From: Anthoceros angustus
Lineage: Eukaryota > Plantae > Anthocerotophyta
NCBI GenBank assembly: GCA_010909165.1
Contig: VJWM01000441.1
Span: forward strand, 1 to 6,898
Length of the DNA stretch: 6,898 nt
Reading direction: 5' to 3'
This document shows, piece after piece, positions 1 to 6,898 of this stretch (within the stretch, counting starts at the first letter, position 1; each line of letters starts with the position of its first letter). Under the pieces are notes generated by a model. It was not told the origin of the DNA, did not search any database, and was given only the letters and a program-made list of their open reading frames with translations. The position numbers were made by a program, and so were the translations under genes.

Positions 1-333
1 CTCACATGTGCGGTCCAGGAAGTATGGAGGCAGGGACTCGAGTGGGCGAGGCATGGTGGGCAGCAGGGCATACGCTCACAGCGAGGCTCCACACAGGGGA
101 AGAGAAAGAAGAAATCCGGGAAGCAGTGAGTGAAGCCCACAGGAGAACATAGCATTGTCCATGTGCGGACGGATGAGGAAAGACTTGAAGATGCCATCAG
201 GAATCGGACCATTGACAATAATCGGGGACTCTGCCTTTTGCAAAGAAAGTTATTCGGAGGCAATCTTGAGCTTGAGAATTTGAAGCGACATCTTATATTA
301 CACGGATGCCGTCGGGAGGTGGGCGAGGCATGG
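1..333 (+). pseudogene. Possible 5' (N-terminal) portion of the same transposon gene, cut off by the insertion
   Basis: Purine-rich coding-like sequence: HCPCADG (153-173, different frame) and LKRHLILHGCRREVGEAW. Joining 333 to 3701 continues in frame as KVYVVQLPGGEEDRM. No diagnostic motif is recognised with certainty. Confidence 0.35.
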
Positions 334-335
334 TG
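42..335 (+). repeat. 17-bp exact direct repeat GTGGGCGAGGCATGGTG at 42-58 and 319-335
   Basis: Exact match read from the sequence; each copy translates as VGEAW in the frame that looks coding locally. Confidence 0.9.
328..333 (+). repeat. Left copy of candidate target-site duplication GCATGG
   Basis: Identical hexamer at 3695-3700, directly before the transposon-like sequence resumes; this copy is directly followed by TGT. Confidence 0.4.
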
Positions 336-1305
336 TGGTAAAACCGGGGCACTCCGAGGTCCTCCCACTATAAGCGGCCACACTTATCCCACAGCCAGAC
401 CGTTGGGTTTCGTCCCATGAGACTTGTGTGAAAGTTCGAGGTCTTGTGATGCCCGATCGCTACTGGTGACACACTTCTCGACCTTCTAAACAAGCAAGGC
501 GCCCTCTACTCTCCCTCTTACAGCGGCCACACACTTGCTCCAATCCTCAACCTACCTCGACACAAAACAATTGCAGTCCGCCTCGGAGGAGCCTATCACG
601 GGCGCCAGGACCCCCAGTCCACACCGATTTCGTCCCTACTTCTAAGACCACTCTTCTCCACTCGGGGGCGCTCTTTTACTTGCAGTTGGGATTCGTCCCT
701 TAGGCTCACGTGGCCTTCCACTAACACCTACACCTCTAATCCTCTCATCTCCTCATCCTCTTCCTCCTAGTCTAACCTCGTTCGGGCTTCTTGGTTTCGA
801 CTGCCCTTACGGCTGGCGGTCCGCCTCCACCAAGTTCTTCCTTGGGCGGTTGCTATGAGTTTGACACGGTGAGAACCTCCGAGTCTTTCCTAGTCTACCC
901 TCAAGCAGAGTTCTCGGGCATTTGCCACACACCCAAAGCAAAGCAATTTCCAGCAACCATTCACAAGGAGCAACTCGTTTAGGCACTTGCGAGCAAGTCC
1001 TCCACCTCACCACCCGACTTCCTCTCTACAGACAGTGTTGGCTCACGGCACGAAATTCCTCTGTAATGGCAAAGGACTCGATGGCGTGGGCGCAAGACAT
1101 GATACTTTTAGAAATCCTCCTCCTCTTATAGGAGGCCTTCCACATACAACCTCCCTTGGGTGACCCTCTGCAGTCACCTTTTCCAATATTCTATTATTTC
1201 CTACACTTGACATTTAAGGCTGGCATCTAAGTCTACTCTCGATCCTAGGTAAATTCTATTCTAGCAACTTCACCTATGGCCACTCTTTAATGTTGCCAAC
1301 CTACA
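334..1305 (-). repeat. Candidate single LTR (~970 bp), termini TGT...ACA
   Basis: On the minus strand it reads TGTAGGTTGG...GGTTTTACCACA. Internal short repeats AGCGGCCACAC (373, 522) and TTCGTCCC (409, 629, 692) tie the block together. TATA-like CCTATAAG on minus at 1132-1125. No convincing coding signal. Confidence 0.4.
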
Positions 1306-1327
1306 CCACCTATCCTTCCCATTCCCC
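1306..1327 (-). other. Polypurine-tract-like sequence abutting the candidate LTR
   Basis: Minus strand GGGGAATGGGAAGGATAGGTGG (19 of 22 purines) immediately precedes TGTAGG. The surrounding region is also purine-skewed, so specificity is limited. Confidence 0.35.
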
Positions 1328-1434
1328 AAAGCTCATTTATGGTCATTGACAATTCTCGGTCCTTATCTTTGCTGGGGTGGCGGGTTCCCTTACTTGGTCT
1401 TCTCATCCCCTTTCTGCTGGTCTTCCCTTTCTCT

Positions 1435-1491
1435 CCCTTGACTTTTCCTCCTTCCCTTGACTTTGGGGCTTCCCCTTGACCTTTGGGGCAA
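1435..1491 (+). repeat. Three-copy degenerate 19-bp tandem repeat (CCCTTGAC core)
   Basis: CCCTTGAC starts at 1435, 1454 and 1473; copies 2 and 3 also share TTTGGGGC. Confidence 0.85.
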
Positions 1492-1614
1492 GTACCTTCC
1501 TGCCCCTTCTTCCCTTTCTGCGGGCGCCGATTCCTCTTGCCATCCGGGCAATCGCGCCCCTTGCGCTCGAATGGCCCATCTTCTAGCCTCCCGGGCGCTC
1601 CTTCAAAGGGCACC

Positions 1615-1665
1615 CTACCGCGGTAGTCAGCGGACTACTGGGGGTGACTACCTACCATGGTAGTC
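1615..1665. repeat. Palindrome cluster 1 (CTACCGCGGTAG, CTACCATGGTAG, GTAGTC/GACTAC stems)
   Basis: Perfect 12-bp palindromes at 1615-1626 and 1652-1663; GTAGTC-AGCG-GACTAC hairpin at 1623-1638. Confidence 0.9.
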
Positions 1666-2040
1666 GGTCCCTATCTCCTTCCCTCTTCCTCATCGGTGAT
1701 GGTCCACAGGGTTGAGATCCTTTTTGCTCCTTTCCTGTTGTTTGATTTGTCCATACCTATTATGGAGCATGTCTTCAAAGGTTCCTCCCCATTTCATTTG
1801 TGATGTTGTCACCTCGCTAATTCCTCCGGGCCTTCTTTGCGTTGGTCTCTCTCTGGCTCCTCCCTTATCCAGGTGGGGAATTTCTTACCCTTCTCCTGTC
1901 TTCCCGGGCCATACCCGTCTTTGGTCTCCTCGGTGGCATTGCTCCCTCAACCACCTTATCATCTATCTTAGGGGCATGTTGCTGGATCCCCACCTTCTTC
2001 ATCCTCAATCGGGCCTTGGCTGGCTCCCCTCGGGTCCTGC

Positions 2041-2146
2041 GTGAGTACCTCACGTAGTACCGCGGTGGTGCGACTGCGTGGGGTGGACCTACCACGGTGG
2101 TCTGGCGGCTGGTAGGTGGTCTCACCGTGGTAGGGTGACCCCTACC
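2041..2146. repeat. Palindrome cluster 2 (TACCGCGGTGG, CTACCACGGTGG, CACCGTGGTAG; GGTAGGG-TGAC-CCCTACC hairpin)
   Basis: Variants of the cluster-1 motif at 2058, 2089 and 2123; 7-bp stem at 2129-2146; GTGAG-TAC-CTCAC at 2041-2053. Confidence 0.85.
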
Positions 2147-2231
2147 TTGCTTCCTGCGCCATCTCCTTCCTTTGCCGAGGACTCATCCTCCTCTCCTTCA
2201 CTTGTGGAACAAGTGACCTCCTTGCTCACAC

Positions 2232-2780
2232 TTATGTTGGTAGGTTGAGCTCCTCTTTGTGATTTTCATTCTCCTCTAGGGAGACAACCTCCTCCTTAAC
2301 ATCTCTGTGGGGGCCAAAGTACTTGCCTCCCCTACCATCGCTCTCCCTCAATAGCACTTGCATCCATTGCCTCCTTGACGACCTCTGAGGCTGCACGCTC
2401 GGTGCTGCACGCCGGTAGGCTGCCTCCCTGTGAGGCTGCCTCCCCTCTTGCCTTTCCCTCCTCTGTTTCCTTATGGCACTATGGGCTCCTCTCGCCATTT
2501 CTTCTCCAAACTCCTCGGAGTCCATATGTGACCTCATCAAAATCTAAGGCCCGGCTTAATGCATGAGGGCCTCCCTATCATCATCGTGTGGCCCAAGCAT
2601 CCTCCTCTTCACAATTATTGTAGGCCTCCACACCATGCCATCGCCCAATATTTTTGGCAATGGGTTTACACTCCAAACTACCACCATGCGCTTCATGAGT
2701 TGGGGTTTCTTGGCCTTGAAACCCTTCACGGCATCCACAGCTTCCTCCGAACCAGCCTCATCCTTGCAGCTTGGCTCTTA
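2232..2780 (-). pseudogene. Unidentified degenerate minus-strand ORF inside the insertion
   Basis: Track ORFs 2556-2738 and 2232-2540 share one frame, separated only by two stops 3 codons apart (about 180 codons in total). No recognised domain. Confidence 0.3.
2387..2448 (+). repeat. Four-copy degenerate ~15-bp tandem repeat (GCTGC core)
   Basis: GCTGC at 2390, 2404, 2419 and 2435; CTGCACGC occurs twice and AGGCTGCCTCCC twice. Confidence 0.7.
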
Positions 2781-2800
2781 GCAATCCCATGAGGAGAACA

Positions 2801-2922
2801 AACACCAAGCTAAGCACCAAGAACACTAAGGACATCCCCTCTTAGAAGAAATTCACTCTCAAAACCAAGCCAAGGCACACCAAGACCCAAGAAATTGATG
2901 CCACAAGAAAGAGAACACCAAG
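2801..2922 (+). repeat. CCAAG-rich low-complexity spacer
   Basis: Seven CCAAG copies (2805, 2817, 2865, 2870, 2880, 2887, 2918) between two coding-like minus-strand segments. Confidence 0.75.
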
Positions 2923-2959
2923 AGGAGATGGCGGCATCACTCTTAAGAAGGCACACACA

Positions 2960-3661
2960 GGAGGCGCACACACAAGCTCTAGCTCACTCCCTCTGCACTT
3001 TTAGGCAGTGCTCCGGTCTTCTCATGACAATTATAGAGCTCCTAAATTGCAGCCATAGATTTGAGTGGTTCTTTGCAAGCATGTGGCCATATCCCATCCA
3101 TTATTTTTACGCCATAACCTCTAATTTCTATCGTAGCCATCAATCCCCACCATGAATCTAAGGATCCTTTCCATCCATCTTGCACAAATTCAAGACCCTA
3201 GTTGGTTTGCACCAAGAAGGCTCTTAAGTCATCAATCCTTCAGCTCTTGTGCAAGAGCAACATTCCCTGCATCTCCTTGGCCTAGGCGCTCCCATAGAGA
3301 CCATCCTACCCAAAACCCAAGGAAAAAGCTCAATCCTCAGCCTCCAAAATTGCGGGCTGCGCAACTCCCTACTAAGAACTTTCCCAATCAGCTCCCTTGT
3401 GTCTTTTGCAAATATAAGCTCATACTCCTCACAAAAGGCACCCCATCCGTCTTGATCCGCCCACAGGACGCTTAACCACGAGTTCTTATATCCAGATATC
3501 CAACACACCAAGTTCCTTGTGCATATCTTGCCACATACATTTTGGTGTTTCATTATTGAACTCCTCACCAAGCTCCATTCTCCACATTTCTCCTTAGCGA
3601 ACTCCTTGACCAACTCTCGAATCAGCCTACCTTGCTGCCCAATTCTCCTCGCGGACACCAC
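2960..3661 (-). pseudogene. Unidentified coding-like minus-strand segment; the true frame is ambiguous
   Basis: One frame is open for 145 aa (3224-3661). An adjacent frame gives protein-like text (FNNETPKCMWQDMHKELGVLDIW...KRHKGADWE) but has about 14 stops in about 230 codons. No family can be assigned. Confidence 0.3.
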
Positions 3662-3694
3662 AACGACCTCCCTTCACACCTACTTGCAGCAAGC

Positions 3695-3700
3695 GCATGG
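3695..3700 (+). repeat. Right copy of candidate target-site duplication GCATGG
   Basis: Matches 328-333; removing the intervening sequence restores an in-frame junction. Confidence 0.4.
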
Positions 3701-4604
3701 AAGGTCTACGTCGTACAACTCCCAGGTGGAGAAGAGGATAGAATGTAGGCCAAGGATTCTGGAGACCACGCCAATCCGGGATTAGGAATCCAACATTGGC
3801 TGAAGATGGAGCGGCAGTGAAATTGTTTCTTCATCGATCCATGGAGGAGGTCGGGAATGATGGGACGAATTTTGCGGGGAATGAGGATGCGGGCACGAAG
3901 AACACCGGTGGCATCCGAGCCGAGCCATTCACGAAGCTCAGTCAACATTGCGGTGAAGCATAGACATTATCAAGCGGAGATTGAAGAGGACCATGAAGGC
4001 ATGCGGCATTGAAGAAATACATAGCATGGTCTCATTCTTTGTAGCGAGTTGTTCTTCTTGGGAAAGAAGAATATAGAGAGCCTCGGATATCGCTTCTTGG
4101 GATTGCCTCGTGAACGGCGGAAATATATTTGCAAGGATTGCTCGGTAGAACAAGCAACCTCTAGTCGCAATGTTCTCAATTTTCTCACAGGAGGCGGAGT
4201 TGCAATGTTGTGTCTGAAGTTTCGGAAAAGTGTTACGCATTGGATGGCGAAGGTATGAACATTTGAAGCAGTACTAAAACACACCATGGTCATCAGGCCG
4301 AAGTTCAAGGGCGTGGCCCGAAGATCATGTTGGAATGCATTGCTTGGATGGAAAAGTTTTCAAGCTAACGTGACGCATGCCCAATGTTTCATTTTCAACT
4401 TGCGATTCATATACCAAAGGAGATATTCCGGGACTACAAGCGGGAGGTTTCAAGAGTGGTTTGACCAACGTCTCTCATTCTCATACATGCCTTATGGAAG
4501 AAACATTTTCCAAAAGTGAAGATACCAAAGTGTAAGGTTTTTCAAAATCGTCCAATGCGAAGCGTTGAAGGCGATCGAGATGACCGACAGCAAGCAAGAA
4601 CAAG

Positions 4605-4965
4605 GTATTTCATATCGAGTTTCCTTTTGACTTCCATGGAATCATGAGCACTCAATGCCCCTAGACTCATGCTTGTGCTCGCCCACGCGGGTGCGCGCTG
4701 CCTTTCCGGCGAGAATCCACAGTCGCGCTGGCGGCGATCACACAGGATGCACCAGCTGCGTCTGGCCGGGGTCTTGCGCGCGCGCGCACCGTGGGGGTGC
4801 CGCGCACGGGCGACGTGCGCGCATGCGGCGCTTGCGGTGCGGCGTGGTCACCGCGGCGTCTGCGCACTGTATGCGGACCAAGACCAGCGTCGCGCATGGC
4901 GGTCGGGTCCATGCGGCCGTCGCAGACCAAGGACAAACTTACGAGTGATCCATTTCTCTTTGTAG
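4605..4965 (+). other. Probable spliceosomal intron (361 nt) in the transposase
   Basis: Donor-like AAG|GTATTT at 4605; branch-like CTTAC at 4938-4942; pyrimidine tract and acceptor TTTCTCTTTGTAG|G ending at 4965. Transposase motifs stop before and resume after it. Splicing gives DRQQARTRSMHLVNI, placing the expected HL motif upstream of the DGMDQ-like motif. Confidence 0.65.
4775..4788. repeat. (GC)6 palindrome TGCGCGCGCGCGCA inside a CpG-rich intron core
   Basis: Read directly; nearby 8-bp stem CGCGCACG-GGCGA-CGTGCGCG at 4801-4821. Confidence 0.9.
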
Positions 4966-6397
4966 GTCCATGCACCTCGTGAACATCGGTCGGCGATCAG
5001 CGGGGCGACTAAAACTTGCAAAACACGTTTGAAGTGTAAAGGCCAACCGAGCAAATACATTGGAATGGCGATAGGCAGGATGGACCAAAGCAAGGAGCTC
5101 CCATTTTCTGCCCCTCAAAAGTTTTGCGGATGGTCTCATTCGGGTCCATGTTGTGGGTTGTTTGGTATACAACAACATTATGAAGACCGGTGTTTGTGAA
5201 CTTCCGAATATTGAACGGCCTTAACTATTCATATCATCCGGGATGTTATTCTCACCTATGAGATGGTTACGCGAAGGCGTTTTACTTGGCAACAACGGCG
5301 GAGAAAACAAGAATATGTTGTTGTTTGCATACTTGAGTATGCTTGTCGAAGCGGGTCTTGATAAGGTGAAGGTGGGCTTCCTTCTTGTCGGGCGCATGAT
5401 GCGATTGATCAAATGTTCTCGTGCTTTTCTAAAAGTCTCGGGCACAAAAAGCAATGTCACTCGAAACCCTTATGAGTTTGATTCATCGCTTATACACCCA
5501 ATCCGAAGTGAAAATGGTTTAGGGTGGCGATTTGAGCTTTATGCGGCCCAATGGGATGGGTAAAGAGGACACGAGATGCGTGATGAAATTTGCACAATCA
5601 TAGTTATCACATCAATTCAAAATTTCAAGGGAAGAAAAGTGGCGCCCTATGTGATTCTTCGTGGCAAGGCACTTTCTACTTACCGCATTGGGAACCGTTG
5701 GAGGTTTGGAGTTCCTTGAATACAAAGCAGATATAAGGGGCGCCTTTATGTCCACTTCAGCACATGGGAAACCGCGGGCCGACCGCATAAATCATTGGCA
5801 GCCATTAGGAAAGCCCTCGAAGGACCGATGCAAAAATATCTATCTCGGAAGACAAAGTATGGTGGAACTCGTTACGGGCATCACGATCGATGTTTGCGAC
5901 AAAATCGGAGGAGGAGTCCATCGAGATCTTCAAAAAGCATGGGAGTGGTACAACGAGGGGCGAGGCGGAACTTAAATCCCATGGCGTTCGGATGTCTTTG
6001 TCATTCGGCTCCAGTTCGCGAACCACCAGCGTCACATGTATAAATTTTAGGCCGGAGCGCGACCATCGAGTTGGCGAGATTCGATGGGATGAGATCGAGG
6101 CGAGGCCATATGATTGCGATCCCATGAGACGGGCGATCGAGCAGGCCTTTACGGATTGCGTGAAGACTTGAATTTCTTATGTGTGAACCTTACCTAGTTG
6201 TCCGTGGTGGGTGACGAGAGAATAGCAATGCGTTTGAGGAAGGTACCTACGGAGGATATTGGCTCCACAAGCGGTGATAGAGAGGTTTGCGACACGGAGA
6301 GCGACCCAAGCACTGGATCATTGTTGATATCGGAGACATTTATTTTGTATCTGGGTTCTCGTTTGCAAGGGATAGCACTACTAGAAAAGGCAGCCTA

Positions 6398-6644
6398 TGT
6401 TACACTTTATGTTAAGATTTGGACCCGGATGTAACACTTATGTTGCAATTTTGGGGTCATGTAACACTTTTGGGCCGCTTGTTACACTTTGGCTTGGAAA
6501 CCAAACCGGAGTGTTTGTTGCAACCATGTTGCAAGTGTGTTTACAATTTTGTTGAGATGAAGTGAGAGGCGCTTTTGTCCTCTCTCAAGATTGCAACACG
6601 GTTGCAACATATAAAGTGTTACAAGAAAAGTCTTGTAACACTTT
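6398..6644. repeat. Array of short motifs in both orientations; candidate subterminal repeats of the DNA transposon
   Basis: TGTWACACTT at 6398, 6430, 6460, 6480, 6634 and inverted at 6614-6623; TGTTGCAA at 6441, 6516, 6527 and inverted at 6591 and 6602. Confidence 0.85.
6613..6644. repeat. Perfect 14-bp inverted repeat with a 4-nt loop (AAAGTGTTACAAGA-AAAG-TCTTGTAACACTTT)
   Basis: Exact reverse-complement match checked base by base. Confidence 0.95.
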
Positions 6645-6898
6645 TGGAGGCATCCGAACCTCCTCCCCATCTACCTTCCTCCTTTACTACATTTACCATA
6701 TAGAATACTTGGTTTCCTTATTACCTCGTATGAATACATATAAATAAATACATGTATGCATACCATAGAATCTTGGTATTGGTAATATTCCATATCGATA
6801 ATTTCCTATGACACGGTTATATTTCATTTTGTATAAAACACGGTTATCGACACGCGACGTAAATTGTACACGTCCGGATACTATACTTTGTATTCATT

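Larger units (their letters stand above)
334..3694 (-). mobile_element. Retroelement-like insertion, probably a truncated LTR retrotransposon (one LTR plus adjacent internal region, no gag/pol recognised)
   Basis: Begins TGTGGTAAAACCGGGG on +; strong C/T strand skew; LTR-like block followed by a PPT-like tract; palindromic repeat clusters; GCATGG direct repeat at both ends. The right end lacks CA and no second LTR is present. Orientation is inferred from the PPT-like tract. Confidence 0.5.
3960..6171 (+). pseudogene. Degenerate DUF7869-type (Sola-like DDD) DNA transposase, split by many frameshifts and a probable intron
   Basis: Hand translation across frames gives family motifs in the expected order: CC.SFGKVLRIGWRRYEHLKQ (~4207-4270), HGH..ECIAWMEKF (4285-4359), LWKKHFPKVKIPK (4492-4530), FSK..CEALK (4539-4570), QPSKYIGMAI-G-R-MDQSK for the expected IDGMDQ (5044-5094), LIRVHVVGCLVY (5135-5170), LTIHIIRDVI (5221-5250), NNGGENKNMLLFAYLSMLVEAG..KVKVGFLLVG (5291-5392), HDAIDQMFSCFSK (5395-5433), NLHNHSY/HQFKISREE (5587-5636), SEDKVWWNSL (5845-5874). 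The 5' and 3' limits are approximate and the family name is from recall. Confidence 0.85.
3701..6660 (+). mobile_element. Right arm of a decayed cut-and-paste DNA transposon (transposase plus subterminal repeat array); right end approximate
   Basis: Transposase pseudogene followed by the short-repeat array at 6398-6644, then a compositional switch to C/T-rich and AT-rich sequence after ~6660. No matching left terminus is visible in the window. Confidence 0.6.

Noticed and set aside
593-607. PBS-like TGGCGCCCG on the minus strand (tRNA-Lys-like)
   Set aside because: Only about 9 nt match, it is not preceded by a CA LTR end, and it lies inside the candidate LTR.
791-2125. Short track ORFs across the LTR-like and purine-skewed region
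   Set aside because: Low-complexity translations explained by strand skew; no recognisable motifs; one is crossed by a 19-bp-period repeat.
3420-3600. Integrase-like reading on + (KGTPSVLI...FWCFIIELLTKL) and gag-like reading on - (WGAFCEEYELIF)
   Set aside because: Resemblance is superficial: spacing is wrong, the pieces are in different frames and no catalytic or zinc-knuckle motifs are present.
3657-3662. ACCACA as an inverted partner of TGTGGT at 334 (solo-LTR end)
   Set aside because: It is not followed by the expected TSD, and one such 6-mer is expected by chance in this length.
440-3707. Alternative insertion boundary: TGTGATGCCC at 445 with GGTCT repeats at 440-444 and 3703-3707
   Set aside because: Internal repeats (AGCGGCCACAC, TTCGTCCC) span position 445, there is no CA end, and a 5-mer match is expected by chance in 3 kb.
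4226-4236. AAAAGTGTTAC matching the subterminal motif
   Set aside because: A single copy inside the transposase coding region, so likely coincidental rather than the left terminus.
4655-5093. Overlapping Arg/Ala-rich ORFs on both strands
   Set aside because: These are a by-product of very high GC content inside the probable intron; no domain signal.
6030-6052. Acceptor-like AATTTTAG suggesting a second intron
   Set aside because: No convincing paired donor and no motif evidence to test the splice.
6398-6644. CRISPR-like array
   Set aside because: Repeats are only 8-10 bp, occur in both orientations and are irregularly spaced; the context is eukaryotic with no cas genes.
6613-6660. Helitron 3' terminal hairpin
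   Set aside because: No CTRR follows the stem on either strand and no Rep/helicase motifs are seen.

Overview
This window is eukaryotic, transposon-derived DNA, probably from a plant-lineage genome (inference from element style). I see no intact gene, RNA gene or CRISPR array. (1) From about 3960 to 6171 on + lies a heavily frameshifted transposase pseudogene of the poorly characterised DUF7869-type (Sola-like DDD) family. Its motifs appear in the expected order but in shifting frames: HG..AW, LWKKHFPKVKIPK, (D)GMDQ, LP..H, (D)N.GGENKN, LLVG(HT)HDAIDQMFS, HS..HQFK, WW. It carries a probable 361-nt GT-AG intron with a CpG-rich core. (2) Downstream, 6398-6644 holds an array of short TGTWACACTT and TGTTGCAA motifs ending in a perfect 14-bp hairpin, which resembles a subterminal transposase-binding array. 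(3) From 334 to 3694 is a 3.36-kb retroelement-like segment: an LTR-like block, a PPT-like tract, palindromic CTACCRYGGTAG clusters and unidentified degenerate minus-strand ORFs. It is flanked by a GCATGG direct repeat, and removing it rejoins 1-333 in frame with 3701 onward, suggesting a nested insertion into the 5' part of the DNA transposon. All family assignments come from motifs I recalled and translated by hand, not from database searches.
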